IMG/VR virus record: IMGVR_UViG_3300013426_000017
Location: 1-64,000 of that record
DNA length: 64,000 bases
Source of the DNA: a virus
Taxonomy: Duplodnaviria; Caudoviricetes
Direction: 5' to 3' (one strand)
The notes beneath the pieces were generated by a model. The model did not search any database, had not been told where the DNA came from, and saw only the letters and a program-made list of their open reading frames with translations. The position numbers were made by a program, and so were the translations under genes. Below, one piece after another: positions 23,829 to 34,898 of the stretch (its first letter is position 1; each line of letters begins with the position of its first letter).

Positions 23829-24491
23829 ATGAGTAAAAAGAATATGTATATGACAATCGACACTGAGACTGTTGGCGGCGCAAGTCAGCCCACGGGGGCA
23901 TATAACTATGGGGGTGTAATCCATGACAAGGCAGGTCACATATATGCAACATTTTCCATACTTGTCATGGAGCATTATGATGAAATCGCCAAGGATGACT
24001 ACGCCAAGCGCAATTTCCCTATATATAGAGAACGACTTGACAAGGGCGATATAACCGCCGTGGCGAGTGAGGATGATGCTATGCAAATTATTAGAAATTT
24101 GTGCCGCTTCTACCATGTTGATTATATCATGGCATATAACACAGGCTTCGACTTCTGCAAGACCAAGTGCAGAGAATTACTTGATGAATTTGAATTTATA
24201 GACATCTATCTTATGGCGTTGCAGACTATAACACATCTCAAAAGTTACAGACAGTTTTGTGTGGACAATGAAAAATGGTCTGCAAGTGGCAAGACTTGTA
24301 GCACAACGGCAGAAAGCGTTTTTGGTTTCATTAATCAAAATGCCCAGTATGTGGAAGAACATACCGCACTCAATGACGCACTGATAGAGATGGCTATATT
24401 TGCCAGATGTGCGGCAATGAAAAAGCGATATACCAAGAATATACATATGTGGGATTGCAAGGAACGAAATAAATGTTTCCCCAAGAGGTAA
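23829..24491 (+). CDS. DEDDh 3'-5' exonuclease
   Basis: IDTET, AYNTGFD, EEHTALND motifs. Confidence 0.85.
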   Translation: MSKKNMYMTIDTETVGGASQPTGAYNYGGVIHDKAGHIYATFSILVMEHYDEIAKDDYAKRNFPIYRERLDKGDITAVASEDDAMQIIRNLCRFYHVDYIMAYNTGFDFCKTKCRELLDEFEFIDIYLMALQTITHLKSYRQFCVDNEKWSASGKTCSTTAESVFGFINQNAQYVEEHTALNDALIEMAIFARCAAMKKRYTKNIHMWDCKERNKCFPKR

Positions 24492-24718
24492 GAAATGGTA
24501 AAGGGTGTGGCGCAAACCATGCCCTATTCCGCTTCAAGGCTGGGTGCAACATTCCCCGACCGAGCCTGCGCCAAATTCTTCCAAGCCGCCCGGGCTGATT
24601 GTCAAAAACTTAACAAAGAAAATTCAATTTTTCACTTGACATTTGGCGCAGAACCTGCTATACTATAATTGTTCCAAGGAAAGAATAAAAACAACAAAAC
24701 AAGAAGGGACTTGATACT

Positions 24719-24919
24719 ATGAACGAAAAGTACAAAGACTATCTCAAATGGGAAAAGGTAATGGATGCCCTCGGAGTGTTCGGTGAAGCGGATTATGACC
24801 TTGATGATGCTACTGTTGAAGATATTCTTTGCGAGTGGATGAATGTCTGTTCTGACCTGCTGGATGAGATTTTTAAAAACCGCCCTGATGTAATCGAGTG
24901 GCTTGAGACTGGTAAATAA
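24719..24919 (+). CDS. Hypothetical early protein
   Basis: Promoter, RBS, 66 aa. Confidence 0.6.
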   Translation: MNEKYKDYLKWEKVMDALGVFGEADYDLDDATVEDILCEWMNVCSDLLDEIFKNRPDVIEWLETGK

Positions 24920-24954
24920 TATTGTAATTTAATAATCAAAATGGAGGAATAAAA

Positions 24955-25140
24955 ATGACATACCCTGAGCCTTATGCAAAAAACGTCTTTGAAGCAATCG
25001 CCTACACATTAACAATGGCATCCTACATGACTACCGGTAATGAACCCGATGCGGAAGATATTAATGTCGTTACTCGTGAAATATTCAATCTATTCATGGA
25101 ACGCAATAAGCATATTGACAAAATAGAGAGATGGGGTTAA
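24955..25140 (+). CDS. Hypothetical early protein
   Basis: GGAGG RBS, 61 aa, followed by terminator. Confidence 0.6.
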   Translation: MTYPEPYAKNVFEAIAYTLTMASYMTTGNEPDAEDINVVTREIFNLFMERNKHIDKIERWG

Positions 25141-25290
25141 TCCCCATTTTTCTATCCTGCTCATTGTGAATTATTTAACAAAAACCCGGGCATTTGTGAA
25201 ACATTTGTCAATCAATTTTGTAAATAATACTTGACAAATTAAATTATTTTTGTTATAATGAATACAGAAATAAGAAAGGAAATAAAGATT

Positions 25291-25746
25291 ATGAATAAAT
25301 CAATTAACTTCGATTTGGACGGTTCAATATGTGCCCTTTACTCTGTGCCTAACTGGCTTGAAAAACTGCGAGCCGAAGACCCTTCCCCCTATCTTGATGC
25401 TGAGCCTATGTGGAATATGGAAAAGCTTGCTGAGATTCTTCATTTGCTCAAAACGGCAGGCTGGGAAATCAATATAATTACATGGCTGTCCATGAATAGT
25501 TCGGAAGAATACAAAGACGCTGTTCGTGCCGCCAAACTTGCTTGGCTTGACAAGTGGGGCTTCGTGTATGACCATTTTCATGGTGTTCAGTATGGCGCAA
25601 CTAAGGCAGATAGCGTGCGTAAACGCACTGACTACGGCATACTCATTGATGACAATGAAAAGGTAAGAAAAGGTTGGTCGCTTGGTGCGACCATTGACCC
25701 CACTAAGGTTGATATAATTAAGGCTCTCACGAGCCTCTTGAAATAA
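25291..25746 (+). CDS. HAD-family phosphatase/nucleotidase
   Basis: FDLDG, IIT, K, LIDDN HAD motifs. Confidence 0.8.
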   Translation: MNKSINFDLDGSICALYSVPNWLEKLRAEDPSPYLDAEPMWNMEKLAEILHLLKTAGWEINIITWLSMNSSEEYKDAVRAAKLAWLDKWGFVYDHFHGVQYGATKADSVRKRTDYGILIDDNEKVRKGWSLGATIDPTKVDIIKALTSLLK

Positions 25747-25871
25747 CTGGGCTAACCCCCAGTTATTTCTATCTCGGCCTGGGTGCTTGTTAAAAAACTA
25801 ACGCTTGACAAATCCCGCTCAATCGGTTATACTATAGTTACAGAAAACAAAAAAAAAGGAGAATAAAAACC

Positions 25872-26546
25872 ATGGTGCTTAAAAAATGCTACTATGTTGT
25901 TTACCGCACTGCTGATTATTCCGACGAGAATAAAACCAAGGTGCATGAGGATGCCTACTTTGATTACACTAACGCCCTACTGGTGGCGCAAGAACTGACC
26001 AAATGCCTTGATATTATCGGCAACACATCTGTTATTGATGGTTTTACTGGTGAAGTGCTCGATGAATTTGAATGTGATAATATAGCGGCGTCAGTAGCAG
26101 AAAAGACGAAGGAAGAAGCCCCCTCTATTATCAGAGAAACATTCAAAGATAAAAATGGCGGTATTTGGTATCTTACTGATGATGGTAAATGGGATTATGA
26201 ATGCGCTAACCGAGATTGTTTGGACTGTATTTATTATGACAAGAGTAGATGCTGTGAAGTAGTTGCCCCACTTTGTGAAGAAGATAGAAATTATCTGATA
26301 GAGCTCGCTAAGGAGAGGATAACCAAAGCTAATAAGCTTGCTACAACTAATGATTCATTTGAAGATGGGCTTGGCGGCACGTGGCGCAAGAATAAAGAGG
26401 ATGAGTTGTGGAACTATGACTGTTCTACTATGCAATGCCCCGAATGCCCCTATAATTGTACTTATGGGTCTTGTGGCACTAATAGTTTAACTCTCCATGA
26501 AGTTGAAGAGCTCATTGCAGGAGTTCAAGAGAGAATAGGCAAATAA
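25872..26546 (+). CDS. Hypothetical protein with duplicated Cys-rich domain
   Basis: F.D..GG.W...W.Y.C...C..C repeated twice. Confidence 0.7.
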   Translation: MVLKKCYYVVYRTADYSDENKTKVHEDAYFDYTNALLVAQELTKCLDIIGNTSVIDGFTGEVLDEFECDNIAASVAEKTKEEAPSIIRETFKDKNGGIWYLTDDGKWDYECANRDCLDCIYYDKSRCCEVVAPLCEEDRNYLIELAKERITKANKLATTNDSFEDGLGGTWRKNKEDELWNYDCSTMQCPECPYNCTYGSCGTNSLTLHEVEELIAGVQERIGK

Positions 26547-26899
26547 TGCCTATTCTTTTTCTTATCCCTTGTTAAAAGTTTCACAATTCGCCCGGGCGCC
26601 CGCTCGTTAAAAACTTGTCAAACAAATTTAAAAATAGTTCTTGACATTTTTCCACCTATTTGCTATAATAATAATTGTCAAGAGGGGAAACACCCTGAAG
26701 CTGATACGGGAACCAAAGGCGCCAAAGGAAAAACAGAAACGACGCAGAAGAAGGATAATCCAAAAAATTTTTTCAAGGAAATCGAAAAAACCTCTTGACA
26801 AGCCGCACCGAGTGTGTTATAATAAAGATGTTCCAAGGGAAAAGGAACAAAATAAATTAGGGTGGCGACCAAGCGCCAATAAAGAAGGGAATTGATACC

Positions 26900-27259
26900 A
26901 TGAAGAACACCGACAAGATGACCAAAGTTAAGGCACTCGCATTTGTCCTTGAGAATGTAGAAGGTCTACCCGCAGATGTAACTGAGAAGCTTGAGAAGAT
27001 GCGTGAGAGCTACGAGAGGAAGTCCGCTACTCGCAAGCCGACTGCCGTTCAGATGGCGAACATCGAGCTAACCGAACGTGTCCTTGAGTTCCTTGCTACT
27101 GTAGAAAGCGTGCGGGCAAAGGATATTGTTAAGCCGCTTGACCTGACCTCACCGCAGAAAGCAGTCGCTCTACTGAACGCACTGGTTAAGGATGGCAAGG
27201 TGTTCAAGGCAACAGTTAAGGGTAACACCTTGTTCAGCCTAACCCCCTTTACCGAGTAA
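26900..27259 (+). CDS. Winged-helix DNA-binding protein (paralog 1)
   Basis: C-terminal wHTH pattern; similar to 28795 and 41819. Confidence 0.65.
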   Translation: MKNTDKMTKVKALAFVLENVEGLPADVTEKLEKMRESYERKSATRKPTAVQMANIELTERVLEFLATVESVRAKDIVKPLDLTSPQKAVALLNALVKDGKVFKATVKGNTLFSLTPFTE

Positions 27260-27465
27260 GCCAGTAGGAAATAGGATGGGATTTATTCCCATCCTTTTCT
27301 AACACTTTTACACTTTAGCGATTTAATGCGGCGAAGCCCGCTTGCCCGGGCATTGGTCAAAAAGTTAACAAAGAAATTTTCATTTAAGGCTTGACATACT
27401 GCGCCACAAGTGCTATACTATAATTGTTCTAAGGAAAGAATATTAAACCAAAAGGAAATAATAAA

Positions 27466-27945
27466 ATGTCAATACTCACACTATTCATAATCGGCACAAT
27501 GGTAAATGTTGTGTTGTCTACAATTAAATCAATTGCCACTGTCAAGGGGGGCAAATTTATTGCTTCTCTCATGAATGCCTTGACTTACGGATTTTATTCC
27601 TATGTCATTATTCTAACCACTGCTGATGGATTATCGGTCGGCGCAAAAATGTTAATTACTGCCGTTTGCAATTTTATCGGTGTTTATCTTGTTAAGTATT
27701 TTGAAGAAAAGTGGCGCAAGGATAGGTTGTGGCAGATTACAGCAACGGTTAACATGGATAGAGCCACCGAGCTTGTGCGCAGAAGTGAAGCTGAGGGCTT
27801 GATTTTCAATTACATTCCAATAGGCAAATACTGCATAGTAAATTATTATTCCTACTCAAAGGAAGATAGTGAAGCTGTGGCGCCATTGCTTAAAGAATTT
27901 GAAGCGAAGTATTTTATCAGTGAAGCAAAATCTATCTCGCTCTAA
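27466..27945 (+). CDS. UPF0316/DUF5698-like membrane protein
   Basis: Three TM helices (NVVLSTIKSI, NFIGVY) and soluble C-terminus. Confidence 0.6.
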   Translation: MSILTLFIIGTMVNVVLSTIKSIATVKGGKFIASLMNALTYGFYSYVIILTTADGLSVGAKMLITAVCNFIGVYLVKYFEEKWRKDRLWQITATVNMDRATELVRRSEAEGLIFNYIPIGKYCIVNYYSYSKEDSEAVAPLLKEFEAKYFISEAKSISL

Positions 27946-28274
27946 TTTGGGTGAGATAGAAAAAATTTTCTTGACAAAAGAAAAAATTTTTGGTATAATA
28001 TTTATAAGAAAAGGGAAAAGAAAGAAAAAATTCCCAAGATAAAAATACTAAAGAGAGGAGATAAATCTCGATGTTGTGTGTGCTGAAGATGGCGCTCACA
28101 ATCATTCGCGAATTCTGTTTAAAATAGAATAAGTGTTCTGATTGTCCGCTGAATGGCAAGTGCGGCAGATTACCCAGTGAGTGGTAATTAATGCCAGATT
28201 TGCCCGGGCCGTGCCTCAAAAGGGGACGGTTCGTATTATCGCGCACCATACCTCGCAGATTTTTGTGAAATAAA

Positions 28275-28517
28275 ATGGCAAGTTTTGAGCCAACGGAATA
28301 TTCCCGAAAATTAGATACAGTAGGTCGTTTAGTAATCCCCTCAAAATTACGCAGTGAGATGCGACTTGAGTTAGGCGAAGACTATCCATTTTACACCCAC
28401 GTTGATGAGCATGGCCAATCTTGGTTATGCATTCCATGCCCAGGTGTTGAAACAGAAGTCGACAAGGCCAAAAGGATACTGGAAGAAAATGGATACCGAT
28501 TTTTCGAAGAAGAGTAA
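28275..28517 (+). CDS. AbrB/MraZ/SpoVT-family DNA-binding protein
   Basis: RKLDTVGRLVIPSKLR motif. Confidence 0.85.
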   Translation: MASFEPTEYSRKLDTVGRLVIPSKLRSEMRLELGEDYPFYTHVDEHGQSWLCIPCPGVETEVDKAKRILEENGYRFFEEE

Positions 28518-28794
28518 TGAAAAAACAAGCGTTCGGGTAATTTCGCCCGGGCGCTTGTTAAACGTTTGACAAAGAAAAATGAAAAAAGTTCTTGACTTGT
28601 GCCGCCTAATCTGCTATAATAATAATTGTCAGGGGGCTGATGAGTCCACTAACAAAATTAAAAGGGTTGAAAAAAGTTTTGAAAAAACTCAAAATCCCCC
28701 TTGACAAACGGCGCCAAGTGTGCTACAATATAATTGTTCCAAGAGGAACAGAAAAATTAAGGGTGATGACCGACATCAGAAGGGGATTGATACC

Positions 28795-29160
28795 ATGAAA
28801 AAGACTGAAAAGATGACTAATGCAAAGGCTCTCGCGTTCATTCTCAACAACATAGATGGATTGCCTGAAGATGTTCGTGAGAAGATTGAGAACATCCATG
28901 CGACCTACACCAAGAGGTCTGCAAACGCGAGCGCCAAGCCTACCAAGGCACAGCTTGAAATGCTTGAGTATATGGAAAAGATTCTCGGCCTCATGGAGGC
29001 TAACAAGCTCTACCAATGCAAGGATATCGTGAAGCTTGCCGATCTGTCTTCTGTTCAGCGTGCATCGTCTATCATGAATAAGCTTGAAGCTCAGGGCGCG
29101 GTAAAGCGAGTTAATGAAAAAGGCAAGGGCATCAGCTATTTCCAGCTTGTAGAAGCATAA
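28795..29160 (+). CDS. Winged-helix DNA-binding protein (paralog 2)
   Basis: MKKTEKMTNAKALAF matches 26900; similar leader. Confidence 0.65.
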   Translation: MKKTEKMTNAKALAFILNNIDGLPEDVREKIENIHATYTKRSANASAKPTKAQLEMLEYMEKILGLMEANKLYQCKDIVKLADLSSVQRASSIMNKLEAQGAVKRVNEKGKGISYFQLVEA

Positions 29161-29325
29161 GGCGAGGGGCAACACCCCTCTCCTTTTTTTATCCTTTCAC
29201 TTTAGCGATTTAAATCGTGGCGCGACCCGGGTGCTTGTTAAAATTTTGTCAAACTTTTTTTGAAATTTTTCTTGACAAATGCGCCAAGAGAGCGTATAAT
29301 AGTCAATGTAAGGAGGTAATACAGC

Positions 29326-29727
29326 ATGACACAGGAACAGACCATTAACAATCTGATGAGTAAGTTATCTTGCTCAAGAGAGGAAGCGCTTGATATAATG
29401 GCTACCGATAAAGCAATTAATAGTGGCGCTGACCCTTTCCCGCAGACCGTTGAACAGAAAAAGGTGACGCAGAAAATGCTCAGAACCACGGGAACTCGTA
29501 AAACGAAAAATCCAACAATCTACAAGTTTGAAGATGGTCGGCAGAAAAAGGCAAATCCGCAGAAAGAAGCAATAATTGCCGAACTTGCACAGTTGCTCAA
29601 TGAAAGTAATCAAAATGATTACTCGAACATTGAAATAACTAACAAAAATCGACAAATTGCATTTTCAATCGGGGAAAAGTCCTTTGAGTTGACGCTTGTA
29701 GAAAAACGGAAAAAGAGCGGGAAGTAA
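29326..29727 (+). CDS. Hypothetical early protein
   Basis: Promoter, AGGAGG RBS. Confidence 0.7.
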   Translation: MTQEQTINNLMSKLSCSREEALDIMATDKAINSGADPFPQTVEQKKVTQKMLRTTGTRKTKNPTIYKFEDGRQKKANPQKEAIIAELAQLLNESNQNDYSNIEITNKNRQIAFSIGEKSFELTLVEKRKKSGK

Positions 29728-30068
29728 TTCCCGCTCCCAAAAGGAGGATAAAAATGGCTCGGTTGGAGAAATCTGACCGAGCCATTTTTATTTACATTTA
29801 ATTCTAATTGTCAATTTCTGAGAATTCTACGATTCCATACTCATTCCATTAATTTTCATGGGCAAAGATGGGACAATAGTTAAGTCTTGTGAGGAAATTT
29901 TTAGAAAGGTCGCCAACAAATTCCAATTTTACGCCCGGGCGCCTTGTCACACTTTTAACAAACTATTTTTCAAAAACCCCTTGACAAGTCACGCCACATC
30001 TGCTATAATTACTATTGTAATCAAGGGAACGATGGTAAACCCTTAAATACAAGGAAGGAATTTTAACT

Positions 30069-30650
30069 ATGGAAAAATCTGAAATCTTCGCCAAGGAAAT
30101 TGCCCTTATCAAGGATAAGACCCTTCAGCGCTTCACTCGCTACTATCTTGATAACTGGACACCTGACATCTTCTGGACTACTGGCGCATCTGCTTCAGGT
30201 AAATTTCACCCTGGCTTCGCCAAAGGTGAGGGCGGGCTGGTGCGCCACACTAAAGCCGTTGTTATGTTCTGCGATGAACTCATGAAAATGTCTCAGTGGG
30301 CATACATGACTGACGCACGCAAAGATATTGCAATCATGGCTTGCATTTTCCATGATACTTGCAAATACGGTATGACCAATGAGGTTAATACCGCCGAATA
30401 TAAGAACCACGCAGAAAATGCCGCTGTCAATGTAGAACTTGCCTGGAATGAATATTTTGATAGGTATAATGACCCTCGTGTAAAATGCCCCTACGAACTT
30501 ATGCAAGCTATTCGCTCCCACATGGGTCAGTGGTCAACCAATAGAGACGATAGACCTTTTACGCCTGTTGACCGCCTCGTGCATCTTGCTGACTATGTAG
30601 CGTCACGCAACTTCCTGTCTATTCCTGAGCTGGAGGTTACTGGCGAATGA
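30069..30650 (+). CDS. HD-domain phosphohydrolase
   Basis: GGLVRHT, FHDTCK, SHMG, HLADY motifs. Confidence 0.85.
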   Translation: MEKSEIFAKEIALIKDKTLQRFTRYYLDNWTPDIFWTTGASASGKFHPGFAKGEGGLVRHTKAVVMFCDELMKMSQWAYMTDARKDIAIMACIFHDTCKYGMTNEVNTAEYKNHAENAAVNVELAWNEYFDRYNDPRVKCPYELMQAIRSHMGQWSTNRDDRPFTPVDRLVHLADYVASRNFLSIPELEVTGE

Positions 30651-30994
30651 GAGGAACTGATTATGTCTATGTCGGTCATTATACCGACATAGACGGCAAT
30701 TACATTCTAAAAGTAGGAACTACCAATAATATTACTCGCCGCACCTATGAGCATACCGCCACTTATAAACAAAAGAAAAAGTATCGACTGCCAAAAGGTG
30801 AGCGATTTATAATGGACTGGTATCGACCTGTTAGCTATAAAAATTCCATTAGAACCGAAGATAGGACGCGCCAAGCTTGGAAGGATGAGGAAATAGGCCA
30901 ATTTATTCCAAAAGACAGGTTCAATTGCGGCGCCAACCCTCCGCGCCAAGTCAAGGTAAGAATTAGAAAGGAATGGATAGTAGACCTGAGTTAA
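30647..30994 (+). CDS. GIY-YIG-like (T5orf172-type) protein
   Basis: YVYV..LKVGTT..RR..E pattern. Confidence 0.55.
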   Translation: MRGTDYVYVGHYTDIDGNYILKVGTTNNITRRTYEHTATYKQKKKYRLPKGERFIMDWYRPVSYKNSIRTEDRTRQAWKDEEIGQFIPKDRFNCGANPPRQVKVRIRKEWIVDLS

Positions 30995-31237
30995 TTCTCA
31001 GGTCTATTTCATCTTAGAAAATTACAAGAAACGAACTCATACTCATTTTAGCCTATAGTCGTGGCAATGCGACCTAAAATATTAACAAATTGAATTACAT
31101 TTTTTAAAGAGAGAGCGTGAAATTTTTAACGAGCGCCCGGGCACCTGTTAAATAAATAACGAAGATTAGGGGTTGACAAATACCAAGAGTTATGATATTA
31201 TAATAACCGTAAGGAATAGAATAAAGGAGAAATAAAA

Positions 31238-31438
31238 ATGAAATGTATTAATTGCGTCTACCACTACATTACTCCCGAAGACAAATATCCTTGTTGTCAT
31301 TTCGAACCGATAGCCGATTGGGATAAAGCCCCATGTGAGTATAGCGATGAGGATACTGGCGAGGAAGAGCTGGAAGAATTTTGGAATGAGGACATGGGAT
31401 TCGATCCCTATACAGGTTGTTATACTGATGATTGCTGA
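31238..31438 (+). CDS. Small Cys-rich acidic protein
   Basis: C-terminal GFDPYTGCYTDDC; promoter and RBS. Confidence 0.65.
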   Translation: MKCINCVYHYITPEDKYPCCHFEPIADWDKAPCEYSDEDTGEEELEEFWNEDMGFDPYTGCYTDDC

Positions 31439-32218
31439 GGGTTAACGCTCTCAGCTAATCAATGGCGCCCCTTGTTAAAAGTTTCACAAATCGCCCGGGC
31501 CAATAGGAAAAAGCTGGTAGTTGGGGCCGGCCACCCTCGAGCGTCTTGGCCGGTATTTCTCCAAAATTTTCCATATCCACCATTTTTTACCAAATATACC
31601 AACTCCTTCCTTATTCCTCCCCATCCTGAAACCTCCCATATGCGCCAAATTCTATTGAACGCGCCGCCTACGCCCAATACAAGCGCCACGCCCCTATTAA
31701 CTAGCCTTTTGGTATTTTCTTCCAGTAGAACCAAGTATTACCAGTATCCTTCCATTTCCTGAAAACCCCGCTCAATAATTCACTAACCTGACCCGCGCCA
31801 TATGGCCTACCAAAAGATTGAAAGTGGCGAGACCCCGCTTTGAGATCCCCAACCTACCCGGCGCCATTTTTTCTCTTATGGCTCAAAACATATATCGAGA
31901 AGCCTCTATTTGTATTCCCATTACCTCGATAATATGAAAAACGAACATGAACCCGCTCGTTTAACTTTCATTTCCATCGTAAATACGTAGAAAATATAAT
32001 CATTTATTGTAGATTGAGCTATTAAATAACTCTTTTTTCGTATCTATTGGTTGCAAAATATAAAAAAATATGTTATAATATTAAAAAAAGATAAAAATGC
32101 AGGGCGCCAAGCTATAGGCTATGGCAATTTTATCTAAAAATATTATAAAAATAGGGCTAGTTTTAACTTTTTTATGGAAAATTTTTACTTTTTTGATAAT
32201 ATAAAAAATAGCGAGGGA

Positions 32219-33037
32219 TTAATCCTCGCTATCATCCTCTATTAAATCATCCCAAGTAATAAAATAGCCATTAATACTATCTCTTTTATTTAAAAACCAA
32301 TCTTTCATAGCCTACACTACTGAAAATTTAGTAGAAATGCCATATGTGCCGCAAGAAACAGGCTTGATGTGATATGACATGGTATTTCCTTCTTTATTCT
32401 CACAAGGCTGTAATGCTTTAATCAATGAATATTCTATAACCTAGAATAATTCAGGGTCTATTGGTGAATCAGTTCCCAATATTTCTTGTAAATCTTCCTC
32501 ACTAACTAATGGCTTAAATTCTATAGTAGCTATATCATACTTATGATACATAGGTTGCTGATTAGTGTGGCGAGTAAAGCCTTGGCGATGCTAGTCCCAG
32601 CGCCCTTCGTAACCGTTAGCAGTATAGCCTATATATATCAATTCACCCTTGGAGTAGATGCCATATACACCAGTGCCGCCATTAAGTGAAGCAAAAGTAG
32701 AGTTAAAATACATATCAGTAGTAGGTAGAGCATATACATTACCCTCACTATCTTGATAATGGTAATTATTAATTAGTGTTTTACCACTAGGAATATGTTT
32801 ATAAATATCCCAATAGATATTGGGTGGTAAATGTAGATAGATGACACTACAAGGATGAGTAAATAGAGTTATCTAATCTTCTATTGTGGCAACATAATGC
32901 CAAGCAATCTCATAGTTCTTCATAGTAGACTCACCTACGTTACCTCTAATAGTAGTGTAGATTTCTTTACCATCAGTAAATGTAATTATTAGCTTGTGAC
33001 CTTTAGTGTTAGGAATTTTTTCAAGTTTAACTTCCAT
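32219..33037 (-). CDS. GIY-YIG nuclease domain protein (TAG-recoded, absent from ORF track)
   Basis: AGGAGG RBS; 272 aa frame with GVYGIYSKGELIYIGYT..GR. Confidence 0.75.
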
Positions 33038-33361
33038 AATTTTCCTCCTAATTTTTATTTTTTTTATATTATAACATAATTTATTTTTTATGTCAAATTT
33101 TTAAATGAATTTTTGAAATGAAATTTTGGTCTCGATTTGGGATACGAATATGGGATGTTTATAGCTTCGAGGGATACAAAGCTGGTCACCTCATATCGCA
33201 GTTTTTAATCTCCATCAAAATTTTTTAATACTATACTATAATTCAATTTTTATTTATTTATAATTTACTTCTACTAATCTAATTTATCTTTTACCCTTCT
33301 ATCATTCTTCTTACTTCCTCAAAAAATTTTTTTAACACTTTTATCCACGAACGAGCGGCCC

Positions 33362-33542
33362 GGTAACTTTATTACTTAATTGGATGAGCCACTTTGCGCG
33401 ATAGCGCAAAGGGGATTAGACTATTAAGTAATAAAGTTACCATATACTTATAAAAGAAAATATTAACCCTAAATTATTCTATCGCATAGCGATAGAATAA
33501 TTTAGGAGAAAATTTATTCTTGCGTAGCAAGAATAAATTTTC
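33362..33542. repeat. Three consecutive long inverted repeats
   Basis: 33362-33441, 33468-33506, 33508-33542 with 16-19 bp perfect arms. Confidence 0.9.
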
Positions 33543-33685
33543 CTATTAAAGATAAAGTAATAATTATTAAAATAATAACCAAGTAAGGGTCACACCCCTC
33601 TATTGTCAGTTTCCCTATTCTATTTATAAGGATAAGGGTTTTTTAACAATTTAATTACTTCCACGCTGTCGTCTTTTTTAACAAC

Positions 33686-34300
33686 TCATTCTACAACATT
33701 CGTCATCCAATCTATCTAATAAATTGTCTTAATATTCTAGAATACATCCTTCTCTTGGACATAAGTAGTTAAAGAATATTTTATTAGCCCCAATTTCTCT
33801 AATACATACAATATATTAGTAATTGTATCATTAGTATCTCTATTCTTCAAACTTAATCCTACAAAAGCCTTAATCTAATCCAACTTAAACTAAAAAGGAT
33901 TACATCCATTAGCATAATAACAATTTAATAAATAAACATAAGTAGAAATAGTGCGTTCATTCAAAGTATCACATAAAATTTTTACTGTCTTGTTAGGAAC
34001 TAAAGCAGCCAAATTAGGTTCTAATTTAATTAACCAATAAGTATCCTTATCTCGTTCGGCTACTAAGCCTAACTCCTACAAATATTTAAATTTCGTAGAT
34101 AAAGTTTGGCGACTCATATTTAACTCATGAGCTAATTTAGAAAAATTAATCACTTTTTTAGAAAAATATCTCTTACCACTAATTTTCTCCATAACAGATT
34201 CATTCTATAAATAAGCATATAAAATATCATTATATTTTTTATTGGCACATATTTCTTTAGACTTAGGAATTTGCCGCGAATTCGGTTGAATCTCCAACAT
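33686..34300 (-). CDS. Winged-helix protein, candidate replication initiator (6 TAG)
   Basis: RBS; FSKLAHELNMSRQTLSTKFKYL(Q)ELGLV HTH; flanked by iterons. Confidence 0.65.
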
Positions 34301-34316
34301 AATTCTCACTCCTTTC

Positions 34317-34395
34317 ATATAGATGTCGTCTTTTTTAACTATTTATATAGATGTCGTCTTTTTTAACAATTTATATAGATGTCGTCTTTTTTAAC
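34317..34395. repeat. Three 28-bp tandem direct repeats (iteron-like)
   Basis: ATATAGATGTCGTCTTTTTTAAC x3; core also at 33667. Confidence 0.9.
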
Positions 34396-34561
34396 TTTTT
34401 AAATAGTGATGAGTTTTTTTAACACTTTTACTTAACATTTTTAATTACTTATAGATAATTCATCATACTTTTCCACCTTTCTTTATATATTATAAAAATT
34501 ACACCCAATACCTTAATATAACTTGTCCAAAATTTTTTAAATACATTATTAACAACTTTTT

Positions 34562-34774
34562 TTAACAACCCATAATATTCCACTCAGGCTATAGGATACG
34601 AATCAATTCTCTCTCCATTGCAAACAAATTCTTCCCCACATTGTCATACATAATAATAAAGTTATCATCAGTCAAATATGGTCTCTTCTCTTTATGTCGG
34701 CGCCGACGTGCCTCAAACCTATTAGAACAACCAACATACTTAATCTTACCTTCATACACAATAGCATAAACCAC
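34562..34774 (-). CDS. Minimal GIY-YIG nuclease (TAG-recoded; start uncertain)
   Basis: VYAI..KYVG..R..H..ERELIRIL(Q)PEWN. Confidence 0.65.
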
Positions 34775-34898
34775 ACTATGCGCTTCATGACAAATAGATG
34801 TCTAAAATCCCAGCAATTTATTCAAATGTTGATTTTTATAAAAAAATATTATATAATAATAATAGAAATAAAAAAATAAATAGAAAGGACTAATAAAT

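Larger units (their letters stand above)
19759..31500 (+). promoter_or_regulatory. Array of early sigmaA promoters with upstream CCCGGG + TTGTTAA-N4-TTAACAA boxes
   Basis: -35 hexamers at 19797, 20363, 22425, 24636, 25231, 25805, 26641, 27391, 28592, 29272, 29981, 31173 with TATAAT/TATACT at consensus spacing. Confidence 0.85.

Noticed and set aside
19759-31500. Integron or CRISPR-like cassette array
   Set aside because: Repeats are promoter/operator units lacking attC structure; no integrase seen.
31459-31762. Overlapping ORFs on both strands
   Set aside because: Low-complexity region spanning operator motifs, no RBS; likely noncoding boundary.
34317-34395. CRISPR array
   Set aside because: Tandem repeats without unique spacers; no cas genes.
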